Positions 13,696-28,364 of a stretch of DNA of 64,000 nt are shown one piece after another (the stretch's first letter is position 1; each line of letters starts with the position of its first letter). The translations under genes were made by a program, and so were the position numbers. The notes under the pieces were generated by a model that was not told the DNA's origin, made no database searches, and worked only from the letters and a program-made list of their open reading frames with translations. The DNA is from Hemiscyllium ocellatum (taxonomy: Eukaryota): assembly GCF_020745735.1 (NCBI RefSeq), contig NC_083449.1:10576923-10640922 (forward strand). Reading direction: 5' to 3'.

Positions 13696-14734
13696 CTTAA
13701 CAACTATTCTAAACCTAACATTGAAGAGATTCTGAAACAATCTGTCAGGAAGCCATTTTATGGTCAAAGTTTGCCCTCCTCACTAAAATGCCATTTTATA
13801 AAACTATGATATCTGATATGCAAGCTGTGCAAGGTTACCTTATGATCTCTCCCATTTAGTTTAGATGATAACTCTTTATGATAGGGACTTACCTCACCAA
13901 CAGGCACTGATTCAGCTGGATCTGTTTTTCCCACCTGATGGATGGCTAAGGGTCTACAGGAGTGATCAGTAAAGCGCATATGGACCTGTTAATTAACTTC
14001 TCTTCCTTACGAATTATTGTCTTTCCACTGTCTGTCTAATTAAGAACATGCAGTGTTTTTGTAAAGTTTTGTAAAAAGTTTGAGACAGAACAGTGGAGTA
14101 GTCTGCGAGGGCTCTTAAAGGAAAAGCTGGTATCCTACTTTCCTAAGGTTTTAGAACCTCTGCGTGCCTGGCTTACATGTGTCAATGTTATGTTGTAACA
14201 CTGATGCTATTGGTAAATAAAGGGGAAGGCTAAAATTAAACTAAACTGTTTGTAAGGTTTTTATTCCAGACTACCAAAGTGTATGATCTCCAGGACAAAC
14301 CAAGAGAGGCTTATAGATCTGAGTCCACAAGGGATTCCCTGGGCTGTCTCAAATCTGTACTTTAACAATATGAACAGGAAGGGTTTATAGAGAGATGGGC
14401 TAAGTGCTGGCAAATGGTTAGAATATCTGGTTGGCATGGACAAGTTGGACCGAAGGGCCTGTTTCCATGCTATACTTCTCTATGACTCGACAACTCTTCG
14501 GTAACTCTTGCCCTGTCAGTGAGCAGTTTCCTTCCATCTCTGAACTTAACCCCTCCTTCACGAATGGTTGTTGAAACAATGCAACAATGTGGCCTATTTG
14601 TCTATCTTCATTGTAACTTTGAAAATGCTCTTAATAATTGCAGATTTTAATGCTGTTCCTGAATGTCTATTTTGGATGAGGATTCAGTTTATCTACCTTC
14701 AACACTGGTGTGTAAACGTCAATGGGCTACATAC

Positions 14735-14816
14735 CTTCCGTTTATTAGAGACAGCTGGTCACTCTGTGCTTTGAACTGAGGAAGTATTACAGTGTCTTAG
14801 CCCCTCAGCTGTTTTT
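14735..14816 (-). other. Putative 82-nt exon, copy B
   Basis: gtcttcctccAG|...GGAAG|GTATGT. Confidence 0.6.
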
Positions 14817-15579
14817 CTGGAGGAAGACACAGGGACACCACCTATAAATCAACATGAGGCTAATCTGGCAATATTGAACTGATCATTGTCACACTCATTG
14901 CATCTTCATTAAGATGTGTGTTGTTTTTTTCTTTAAAAGCCGCCAACTTAATCAGAACCACGAATCCGATTCCATTGTTGCCCTGAGCTGCTCCTTGTCT
15001 GTGGATTGTTTGTTTTTAATGTGATTCGATACCAGTTGATTTGGAGATGTTGGTGTTGGACTGGGGTGCACAATGTTACGTATCAAGTGCTTCCAAAAAA
15101 ACTGTTGGACGAGAATCTGGTGTTCTGATTTTTAACTTGATATCAGTTGAGTGAGATCCAGAAACTGAGCAACAACTGCCCAGCACCATGAATGGGGGTA
15201 CTCAACCACCAGGATGCTTACACAGCTCAATATCCAACTCCCCAACTACCTGTTGGAAATAGGAAAAACAACGCTATTTCTAATGTTGTTACCATGACCC
15301 CGGTATATGTCCTTTTACAAGAGTATCCCATTCCTACAGTTGGTCCACACAACCTCAAGAAAGAGCGGGAAACAGAATGAAATTAAAACTGGGTTCAGAG
15401 GATTGCAAACCACAAGAATGTCCCACAGCAGCTTCTTCCCGCTCTGCCTCCCTCAGCAGGCTCACACACAGCCCGAGAAAGGCCTCTCTCTCCCCCCAGC
15501 CCGCTCACTCCAAGTTCCGGGACCAGGTCCTGCTTTGCTCGGCCTCTTACAAACAGCCCCCGGTTCTCCCTGAACTCAC

Positions 15580-15750
15580 CCCGAATCAGTCCCAGGCTCC
15601 CATCCCGATGTGCCGCTGGAAGGAGCCTGCTGTTCCCTCGCTTCCCTGGGCGCTGATCTCTCCATTGCGGTCTGTTTCAAACAAAGTTCTTGCACTCACT
15701 GAGTAAATACTCCTCAATGGCAGCGCTGGGGGAGGGCCTCACGCATGCGC
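15580..15750 (-). other. Putative CpG promoter and first exon (copy 1) of an unannotated spliced transcript
   Basis: GCGCATGCGT (NRF1-like), GCTGCCATTG (YY1-like), donor CGGG|GTGAGT at 15580/15579; paralogous to 56351-56593. Confidence 0.6.
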
Positions 15751-18069
15751 TCATCTACTCAGGAACAGTCAACTTTGGACAAAAGTTTAAGTCCAACAGG
15801 TTTAATTGGAAGCGCACTAGCTTGCGGAGCATCGCTCCCTTATCAGGTGGTAGTGGAGGGCTCAATCCTAACCCACAGAACTTATAGCAAAAATTTACAG
15901 TGTGATGTAACTGAAGTTGTACATTGAAAAATTAATTGTCTGTTAAACCTTCATCTGTTAGAACATCATGATAGTTTCACTTCTTTCATGTGTAAATCAC
16001 AAAATCTTTTTTTTAAAAAAAGTTGCATTCTCAGGTTAGCCGTTAACAATGGTGATAGCTCGACAATATGTTGAAGGTGTTAGCACCCTGTGTTCTCTGT
16101 CTATGCCATGATGTTTAGATTGATTCTAATCTAAAAAGTGAGATAACAGAGTTTTACATAAATTCATGCAGTTTTTGAGCTCAGAATTCTACGTGAATGC
16201 ATGCAGTTTTTGAGTAAAGTACAATGTAACCTGGCAAGTACAAATTCACCCCACAAAATATATGTGTGCATGTGGGTCTTTGTCTGTCTGTGTGTGTCTG
16301 TCTGTCTGGGTTGGGGTTGTGAGTGTGAGAAAGTGTGTGTGGTGAGTGCGGAGTGTTTTAAGTCTGTGAGGGGTTGGGTGTGGGAGTGTGTGTGTGGGTT
16401 TCTGTATGTGTGTCAGTGTGTATGTGTTTATAGGAGTGCCTGTGTTTGTGTATGAGTGCGTGTGTGTGTGTGTATAGTGCAATGGTGGTCATTTGTAATG
16501 TGACATGAACCCAAGGTCCCAGTTGACGCCCTCCCTATGGGTACCAAACTTAGCTATCAGCCTCTGCTCGGCCACTTTTCACTGCTGCCTGTCCCGAAGC
16601 CCGTCTTGGAGGATGGTCACCCGAAGGTCCGAGGTCAAATGTCCTGAGCCACTGAAGTGTTCCCCAACTGGAAGGGAACACTCCTGTCCGTTGATTGTTG
16701 TTCAGTGCCCATTCATCCGTTGTCGTAGCCTTTCCTCAATGTACCATGCCTCCGGGTATCCTTGCCTGCAACGTATAAGATAGACAACGTTGGCTGAGTC
16801 ACATGAGTACCTGCCATGTACAAGGTGGGAGGTGTCCCCATGCGTAATGGTGGTATCTATGTCCACACTCTGACACGTCATGCAGCGCCTACCATGACAG
16901 GGTTGTATGGAGTTGTCCTGAGAGCTGGGCAGCTTGCTACGAACAACAATCTGTTTGAGGTTGTTTAAAGACAGAGGTGTGGGGAAGGTCTTAGTGAGGT
17001 GCTCATTCTCATTGATAATGTGTTGCAGGTCATGAAGAACATGGCATAGTTTTTCAGCTCCTGGGAAATACTGAACAACAAAGGATGCCCTGTCAGTTGC
17101 AGCATGTGTCTGTCTCCTGAGGAGGTAATTACGGTTCTTTGCTGTGGCACATCGGAACTGGTGGTCGATGAGTTGGGAATTGTACCCCATTCTTGTGAGG
17201 GCATCCCTGAGTACTTCCAGGTGTCTATCACGTTCCTCCTCATCTGAGCAGATCTGGTGCACGTGCAGGGCTTATCCATAGGGGATGGCTGTTTTGAGTG
17301 GAAGCTGGAGAAGTGTAGAATTGTGAGGTTGTATGTAGGTTTGCGGTAGAGTGTGGTGCTGAGCTGTCCATCCTTGATGGAGATGCATGTGTCTAAGAAT
17401 GAGACAGATAGCCGAGAGTAGTCCATGGTGAGTTTGATGGTGGGATGAAACTTGTTGATGTCACCGCGTAGTTTTATCAGTGACTCCTTGCCATGGGTCC
17501 AGAGGAAGAAAATGTTGTCAATGTACCTGGTGTACAATTTTGGCTGGAGATCCTGCATAGGGAAGAAGTCTTGTTTGAATCTGTGCATAAACATATTGTC
17601 ATATTTGGGTGCAAATTTGGTCCCCATGGCTGTTCCATGTGCCTGGATGAAGAATTGGTTGTCAAAGGTGAAGACATTGTGATCGAGCATAAAGCGGATG
17701 AATTGTAGAATTGGCAGTTGTTGGTGCTGAGTACTGAGGCTGTTACCACGATGCCATCATTGCGGGGGATGCTGGTGTAGAGTGCAGAAACGTTGTGATG
17801 AGGTATGTTCCTGGTTCGACTGGTCCGTGTTTCTGTAAGAAATCCGTAGTGTTGCACCAGAAGCTGGACAATAGGTTTCAAGGTGCCTTCCACACAGCCG
17901 GAGAGATTCTCACATAGGGTCCCATTGTCCTACACGATGGTACGTCCTGGTGTGTTGGCTTCGTGTACCTTTGGAAGGTAGTAGAAGCTGTCTACACAAG
18001 AAGTATGAGAGATGAGGGCACGTAGGGAACACTGAAGGACTGGATCCAAAGTTCTGATCATGTGTTTAA

Positions 18070-18377
18070 ATTAGATTACTTACAGTGTGGAAATAGGCCC
18101 TTAGGCCCAACAAGTCCATACCGACCCGCCGAAGCGCAACCCACCCATACACCTACATTTACCCCTTACCTAACACTACGGGCGATTTAGCATGGCCAAT
18201 TCACCTGACCCGCACATCTTTGGACTGTGGGAGGAAACCGGAGCACCCGGAGGAAACCCACGCAGACACGGGGAGAACGTGCAAACTCCACACAGTCAGT
18301 CGCCTGAGGCGGGAATTGAACCTGGGTCTCAGGCGCTGTGAGGCAGCAGTGGTAACCACTGTGCCACCGTGCCGCCC
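18070..18377 (-). mobile_element. HE1-type V-SINE (full length)
   Basis: tRNA-derived head GGGCGGCACGGTGGCACAGTGG, V-domain TGTGTGGAGTTTGCACGTTCTCCCCGTGTCTGCGTGGGTTTCCTCCGGG, CR1-like tail. Confidence 0.9.
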
Positions 18378-18386
18378 ACAAAGCAA

Positions 18387-18459
18387 CGCCCGAACAGGGA
18401 CTTGAACCCTGGACCCTCAGATTAAAAGTCTGATGCTCTACCGACTGTGCTATCCGGGT
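18387..18459 (-). tRNA. tRNA-Lys(TTT), probably a retrocopy
   Basis: ACCCGGATAGCACAGTCGGTAGAGCATCAGACTTTTAATCTGAGGGTCCAGGGTTCAAGTCCCTGTTCGGGCG, 73 nt; differs from the common vertebrate tRNA-Lys-UUU at position 1 and one D-stem base. Confidence 0.92.
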
Positions 18460-19260
18460 TTAATTCAAGGGTGTGTTCTTTGGTCAGATCAGCTGGTAGT
18501 TGCCTGTGGTGTTCCTGGTTATTCAGTTATCGGTACACTTCCTTGCAGTAATCTGTTCTATTCTGAATGACAATGGCTCCTCCTTTACCTGCTGGTTTGA
18601 TGACAGTGTTGTGATTGGTTTTGAGAGCCTGGATGGCGTTGCGTTGTGAACAGGTGATGAATCTGGCATTCATATATTTCCTGACGATTTAAGCATACAT
18701 GTCAAGCCCAGGGCAGCGGCCCTCTGGTGGGGTCCAAGTTGACACCTTCTTTGGTCGCTCCTCTACAGATCCCTGAGATGACTGTTCGAGTTCATCAGTG
18801 GGCTCATTGGGATCGCTGCTGGCACCTTGAAAGAATTCCCGGAGTCTCATTCGTCTGATAAACTCCGTGTCTGCTGCAAGAACCAATGTGTCCATTTTGA
18901 TAGTGGGGCAGAAGCTGAGACCCCCTACTCAGGACTTCAATCTCTTCCGGTCGAAGGGTGTGGTCTGATAAGTTGATAATAGACTTCCCCACAGTGATAA
19001 TGTTGTCTACTGTGGTTCCAGGGTGGGCTTTACAATTACCAGTGAGAATGCCAAGTTTCTGCAGTTTTTTGTTCTGGGCGTGCATGTACATAGTGTAGTT
19101 TTGTCGCCTTGTCTGACAATGTTGGGGAGTAAAGGTTCAGTCCCAGAAACAGTTGGGGCTGGAGTGAGCTGGAGGCGGAGCTGGATGATCACAGCCATTT
19201 CCCTGCTCTGTCTGTCACTCAGTTTCCTCTCCGGATCCGCCTCTCACTCTCTGTCAGCTC

Positions 19261-19294
19261 TTTCTCAGTCAGGTCGGGTCGGGCTGTATAAAAA
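19261..19294 (+). promoter_or_regulatory. H4 proximal promoter: H4-box-like element plus TATA
   Basis: TTTCTCAGTCAGGTCGG resembles the vertebrate H4 subtype-specific element; TATAAAAA at 19287-19294. Confidence 0.75.
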
Positions 19295-19339
19295 CGGAAG
19301 GGAAGGCAGCTCGGCTTCATTCAGCAGCGATTGTAGTGA

Positions 19340-19660
<321 letters not shown>

Positions 19661-19692
19661 ACATAAAGCGACCCTTTTCCAGCGAACCTAAA

Positions 19693-19733
19693 GGCTCTTT
19701 TCAGAGCCACCCAAATCCTCCCACAGAGAGCGG
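19693..19733 (+). terminator. H4 histone 3' stem-loop and downstream element
   Basis: GGCTCTTTTCAGAGCC (19693-19708) + ACCCA, then purine-rich AGAGAGCGG about 15 nt downstream. Confidence 0.95.
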
Positions 19734-20683
19734 AGACCTGAGGGCGGGAAAAGCAGTACACAGTGAGGGGATTGTTACTTTAACCGGGTTTTTCGCGACT
19801 TTACAGCTCCGAAAGTGTACTAATGCGGTGTTCTGCGGTACGGCAGAGAGCATTCAGAGTGGACGGTTCACTTTGTTGCTGTTTACCGTGGTGAATGATT
19901 TTAACATTGCAAGTATTCCCTCCGGGTAGATAAGGGGCTGTTCGGCCGAGCGAGACTCTACTGTTGTGCAACCTGATTATTGCATGTAAAGAATCGCATC
20001 GTAACTTGTGATTAAGATATAGCAGCAGCATTAGGCCATTCTGCCCATCCAGCTTGTTCTGCCATTCGATCATGGCTGATGTTTCTCAAACTTCCCGTAC
20101 CCTTCGCTCTTTTTTCGTGAATACCTGTCCGTCTTAGTGATGATATTGGCTGTCCATGCCATGCATGATAATTTGTTTTTATTTCTTGTGGAACCCAGGC
20201 GTTAATGTTACATATTACAGCATTTATATTTCCCAGGCTTAACACTCAGGGAACCTGCGGATGTGTTTACGTGGCGCGTTCGTTCCATCTGCCCGTTCAG
20301 GCAGGGATTACAAATTGTCTTCGGACGAGTAATAATTTGGATGAAATAAAAATTACTGATAAAGTGTGGTTCCGTAATTGTACCGGTGTACACTGTTTTA
20401 GCTTTTAAGATGTTTAAATCGGCGGTTTTCCGATTGATTCACGGCGGACACAAGTTCGGTTGCACCTGCAGAGAGAGCAGGAAGCGATAGCGGACATTAG
20501 TGCTCTATTTCTATCGGATGAGAAATAATGTACTTCCAGACCCCCTTACAATCGTATTCTATGATATGATCTTCCTCTGCTCCCACAGACAGTAACAGTA
20601 TCCAATAAAAAATGAGATAGAAATCTAGCGATGTTAGGTCAGTCAGGGCTCTACACATTAAAAGGAAAGTTAATCAGAGAGTT

Positions 20684-20725
20684 CAGCTCCTTTCACAGAT
20701 GCTGTGAGTGGCTCTTAAAAGAGCC
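20684..20725 (-). terminator. H2A-1 stem-loop and downstream element
   Basis: Minus-strand GGCTCTTTTAAGAGCC (20710-20725); GAAAGGAGCTG at 20684-20694. Confidence 0.93.
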
Positions 20726-20755
20726 TTTGGGTTGTCAGATTCAAGAATGATCTCT

Positions 20756-21395
<640 letters not shown>

Positions 21396-22205
21396 ACAAA
21401 AGGAGTAGGTTTTGCCTGAATAATGAAATATAAAGAACTGAGAAAGTTAAAAAACATTAATACTCATGTTCATTTACTTTTAGTTTACAAATGTGTACTT
21501 CACACGGGGTCTTACTCTCCCTCATTTGCCGATCTTTGTCCATTTCTGATCGTGAGAGTGGATTATTTTCTAAACCCGGAGAAGAAGCTGAAACAAAACA
21601 GGCCAACCACTGCAGTCTGTAACCTGTCTTCTCTTTTCACATTTCAATACCACCCGATAAGCTCATAAACCAGCATACAACATTCTTCCTGCTCAGCATC
21701 GAGGGCGAACACGTTTTTTAAGACGATATTTTAAAGCTGTCCTTCATCGCTCTCGATCATATTCAGCAGAAGCTCCACGCTTCAGTCCGTTACCTGTGTG
21801 GTGTTCTCTCGGTTCGCTTTGAAAGTCTCTCACCGACAGCAAGAAGCATTATTTTGCATTGCGAAAAAAGGGATCAAACCCGCGCATTGGAAATGTAAAG
21901 TAAGTCAGAAGGTAAAGTGTATCAACCATGAGATGGAACGACATGGGCATTTGTCTGTCATGGGTGAACGAGCAAGATGAAAAATGACTCACTGGCGCTT
22001 GATCTGCACTCTCCACCCCACTCCCAAATAATTTGCAAAACACATATTAACACAAAAACATATAGCACTAAAAGTTGAAACGCCTTATCAAGAATCACGT
22101 GGAAACTAAAACAAAGAACTTGTAAAGAAAATATTCAGCATCTCAGGGATGTTGTGGGTGGCTCCTTTGGGTTGTGGATTGTTTGTTTCAGGGCAATGTG
22201 GTCCT

Positions 22206-22400
<195 letters not shown>

Positions 22401-23352
22401 TTATCTGTGTACACTGTTTTAGCTTTTAAGATGTTTAAATCGGCAGTTTTTCGATTGATTCACGGCGGATACAAGTTCGGTTGCTCCTCCAGAGAGAGCG
22501 GGAAGCGATAAGGGGACATTAGTACTGTATTTAGATCGGAAGTTAGTTAAAACAAAAACGGAAGGCAGCAGCGGTGCATTTGCAACTAATGAGATCTTCA
22601 TTCAGGGATTGCGAAAATATAATAATTCGAAGAGTGATGTTCACATCAAATTTTGGTTTTGGTTTAGATATTTCTGGAAAAACCCCATCTCCTCATTTAC
22701 TCCCTTTGCGTTAACATGGCTTGTGGTGAGGTGGAGGCAGGAGGAAAAGGGAAAAAATGGCGCCAAGAGATCAACAGCTTATTTTCAAATTTGAAAATGC
22801 CCGCCATCACGTATAAAAGTGCAGGGGGTTATACAGAGGAGAAAGCACAACAATGCACACGTTGATTGGTTTTCGATTACGAAACGAAACATCACACAAT
22901 CTCACTTTACCGCATTCCCTCCTTTCCAGCTGAAAAATGACTGACTGCTGTTGAACACGCTCTCTCTCCAGAGGCTAACAAAAATATGAGTGGGTATGAA
23001 CCGAGCTGAGAATAAAATGCAGAGGCATATGCTGCAGAGACAGTGGGAGGATTCAGCTCTTACTGATGCAGTTAAAGGAAATGTGAAGCCAAACCCGATA
23101 GTGAACTCCGTGACACTATTCCAAACTCGTAGAACATTGATCAAACATAAAAATCACTCAGGCGATGAGTAATAATGTAGTTCCAAGAACCCCTTACAAT
23201 CGTACGCTATGATATGATCTTCCTCTGGTCCCACAGACAGTAACACTATTCGATAAAAAAAGAGACAGAAATGTAGCGATATTAGGTCTAACGGCCAGGA
23301 CTCTACACATTAAAAGGAAAGTAATTCAACTCCTTTCACAGATGCTGTGAGT

Positions 23353-23368
23353 GGCTCTTAAAAGAGCC
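23353..23368 (-). terminator. H2A-2 stem-loop
   Basis: GGCTCTTTTAAGAGCC on the minus strand. Confidence 0.93.
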
Positions 23369-23398
23369 TTTGGGTTGTCAGATTCCAGAATGATCTCT

Positions 23399-23848
<450 letters not shown>

Positions 23849-24857
23849 TTATACCTTCGGGTGGAATGGTGGGGCGGCCGTTTCTGATTGGTCAGCCCCT
23901 CCTAATGTTGTTTCAATTCCCAATCAGATATCTGCTTCATTGCCCAATCCGGAGAGGACACGGGGAGGAGCGCGGAATCGACAGGCGCCAAATCATCAGC
24001 CGCTTTCTTTCCAATTTGAAAAGCCCGCCAAATTCCAAACAAAAGGAGTAGATTTTGCCAGAATAATGAAGTATAAAAAACGGAGAAAGTTCAAAAACCA
24101 TTAATACACATGTTAATTTACTTTTAGTTTACAAATGTGTACTTCACACGGGGTCTTACTCTCCCTCATTTGCCGATCTTTGTCCATTTCTGATCTTGAG
24201 AGTGGATTATTTTCTAAACCCGGAGAAGAAGCTGAAACAAAACAGGCCAACCACTGCAGTCTGTAACCTGTCTTCGCTTTTCACATTTCAATACCACCCG
24301 ATATGCTCATAACCAGCATACAACAGTCTTCCTGCTCAGCATCGAGGGCGAACACGTTTTTTAAGACGATATTTTAAAGCTGTCCTTCATCGCCCTCGAT
24401 CAGATTCAGCAGAAGCTCCACGTTTCAGTCCGGTAGCTGTGTGGTGTTCTCTCGGTTCGCTTTGAAAGTCTCTCACCGATAGCAGGGCGCTTTATTTTGC
24501 ATTGCGAAAAAGCGGATCAAACCCGCGCATTGGAAATGTAAAGTAAGTCAGAAGGTAAAATGAATCAATCGTGAGACGGAAAGACGTGGATATTTGTCCG
24601 TCAGGGTTGAACGAGCAAGATGAAAAATGACTCAATGGCGCTTGATCTGGACTCTCCATCCCACTCCCACATAATTTGCAAAGCACATATTAAAACAAAA
24701 ACATATAGCACTAGAAGTTGAAACGCCTGATCAAGAATCACATGGAAACTAAAACAAAAAAAACAAAGAAATGACTCAGCATCTCAGGGATGTTGTGGGT
24801 GGCTCTTATCGGAGCCTTTGGGTTGTGTGTGTGCGTGTTTCAGGGCAGTGCGGCCCT

Positions 24858-25055
<198 letters not shown>

Positions 25056-25987
25056 TTATCGGTGTACACTGTTTTAGCTTTTAAGATGTTTAAATCGGCG
25101 GTTTTTCGATTGATTCACGGCGGATACAAGTTCGGTTGCTCCTCCAGAGGGAGCAGGAAGAGATAGGGGACATTAGTAGGCAGCAGCGGTGAATTTGCAA
25201 CTAATGAGATCGTTATTGAGGGATTGCGGAAATATAGTAATTAGAAGAGTGATGTTCACATCAAATTTTGGTATTGGGTTAGATATTTCCGGAAAAAAAC
25301 CATCTCCTCATTAACTCCCTTTGCGTTAACATGGCTTGTGGTGAGGTGGAGGCAGGAGGGAAAGGGAAAAAAATGGCGCCAAGAGATCAACAGCTTATTT
25401 TCAAATTTGAAAATGCCCGCCATCACGTAAAAGTGCAGGAGGTTATACAGAGGAGAAAGCACAACAATGCACACGTTGATTGGTTTTCGATTACGAAACT
25501 AAACATCACACAATCTCACTTTACCGCATTCCCTCCTTTCCAGCTGAAAAATAACTGACTGCTGTTGAACACGCTCTCTCTCCAGAGGCTAACGAAAATA
25601 TGAGTGGGTATGAACCGAGCGGAAAATAAAATGCAGAGGCTTTGCTGCAGACTGTGGGAGGATTCAGCTCTTACTGGTGCAGTTAAAGGAAATGTGAAGC
25701 CAAACCCGATAATGAACATCCGTGACACTATTCCAAAATCATAGAACATTGATCAAATGTAAAGATCACTCAGGGAGTGACCGTGCGATGAGAAATAATG
25801 TAGTTCCAGACCCCGTTACAATCGTATGCTATGATATGATCATCCTCTGCTCCCACAGACATTAACAGTATCCGATAAAAAATGAGATAGAAATGTAGCG
25901 ATATTAGGTCTAACGGCCAGGACTCTACACATTAAAAGGAAAGTAATTCAATCAGAGAATTCAACTCCTTTCACAGATGCTGTGAGT

Positions 25988-26003
25988 GGCCCTTAAAAGA
26001 GCC
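25988..26003 (-). terminator. H2A-3 stem-loop (G-U wobble variant)
   Basis: GGCTCTTTTAAGGGCC on the minus strand. Confidence 0.9.
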
Positions 26004-26033
26004 TTTGGGTTGTCAGATTCCAGAATGATCTCT

Positions 26034-26516
<483 letters not shown>

Positions 26517-27485
26517 TCAGCATCTCCTAATGTTGTTTCAATTCCCAATCAGATATCTGCTTCATTGCCCAATCCGGAGAGGACACGGGGAGGAGCGCGG
26601 AATCGACAGGCGCCAAATCATCATCCGCTTTCTTTCCAATTTGAAAAGCCCGCCAAATTCCAAACAAAAGGAGTAGGTTTTGCCTGAATAATGAAGTATA
26701 AAAAACTGAGAAAGTTCAAAAACCATTAATACACATGCTAATTTACTTTTAGTTTACAAATGTGTCCTCCACACGGTCTTACTCTCCCTCAATTGCCGAT
26801 CTTTGTCCATTTCTGATCTAGAGAGTGGTTTATTTTCTAAACCCTGAGAAGAAGCTGAAACAAAACAGACCAAACAATGCAGTCTGCAACCTGTCTTTTC
26901 TTTTCACATTTCAATACCACCCGATATGCTCATAAACCAGCACACAACATTCTTCCTGCCCAGCATCGAGGGCGAACACGTTTTTTAAGACGATATTTTA
27001 AAGCTGTCCTTCATCGCTCTCGATCAGATTTAGCAGAAGCTCCACGCTTCAGTCCGGTAGCTGTGTTCGTGATCTCTCGGTTCGCTTTGAAAGTCTCTCA
27101 CCGACAGCAGGACACTTTATTTTGCATTGCGAAAAATCGGATCAATCCCGTGCATTGGAAATGCAAAGTAAATCAGAAGATAAAATGAATCAATCGTGAG
27201 ACGAAAAGACGTAGGCATTTGTCTGTCGGGGGTGAAGGAGCAAGATGAAAAATGACTCACTGGCGCTTGATCTGCACTCTCCACCCAACTCCCAAATAAT
27301 TTGCAAAGCACATATTAACACAAAAACGTATAGCACTTGAAGTTGAAACGCCATATCAAGAATTACATGGAAACTAAAACAAAGAACTCTTAAGGAAATT
27401 GTTCAGCTGTCTCAGGGATGTTGTGGCCCTTTAAGAGCCTTTGGGTTGTGGATGTGTGTTTGTTTCAGCGCAGTTCCGTCCTTCA

Positions 27486-27674
<189 letters not shown>

Positions 27675-27840
27675 TCATGATGTTCATGGCCTTGGAGGAG
27701 ATGCCGGTGTCGGGGTGAACTTGCTTCATCACTTTGTAGATGTAGATGGAATAACTTTCTTTCCTGGACCGCCTCCTCTTTCTGCCACCCTTCGCTGGAG
27801 CCTTCTTGATGATTTTCTTCGCGCCCTTCTTGGAGGCTTC

Positions 27841-28307
27841 TTTTTTTTAATTTCAAAAATATACTTTATTCATAAAATATTTTGATAATCCGTACAATTG
27901 GTCTTGCCAAACATTACGAAAACATTCCATTTCTTGGCATACAAAGGCAGAATATTCATTCATATAAACAAGTCTGTATGATTACTACTGCTGAAAATAT
28001 GTTGCTAGAAAAGCGCAGCAGGTCAGGCAGCATCCAAGGAGCAGGAGAATCGATGTTTCGGGAATGAACCCTTCTTCAGGAGCCCTTCTCATGCTCCTTG
28101 GATGCTGCCTGACCTGCTGCGCTTTTCCAGCAACACATTTTCAACTCTGATCTCAAGCATCTGCAGTCATCACTTTATCCTGAACGATTACTATCCACAT
28201 ATTTAGCAGGGTGATCATCAGCTGCCCCTTACTGCGTCGGATCCCTGTGCTTAGACAGGCAGATGTTACACGGTGGCCTTTCCCCACCACGCCTTGGCGA
28301 CAGCTAC
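27841..28307 (-). mobile_element. 5'-truncated Tx1/L1-like LINE 3' end inside the H2B N-terminus
   Basis: Minus strand: ORF2-like end (VAKAWWGKATV*), AT-rich 3' UTR, AATAAA and oligo-A tail abutting H2B codons; clade assignment from recollection. Confidence 0.65.
27988..28185. mobile_element. PLE-derived fold-back mini-element nested in the LINE fragment
   Basis: Inverted arms; TSD GATTACTA (27980-27987 / 28186-28193); hammerhead-like core 28047-28081 on minus. Confidence 0.75.
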
Positions 28308-28364
28308 ATTAACCATACCGTCGCTCACTTTCAGACACAGAATAAGGGAAAACGGGCTCGGAGC

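Larger units (their letters stand above)
15770..19143 (-). mobile_element. Penelope-like retroelement (RT + GIY-YIG), degenerate
   Basis: GTAMGTKFAP, RYIDNIFFLW, SFLD, LYRKPT, SANVVYLIRC..WYI; CA-rich 3' UTR; degenerate hammerhead at about 15820-15850. Confidence 0.9.
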
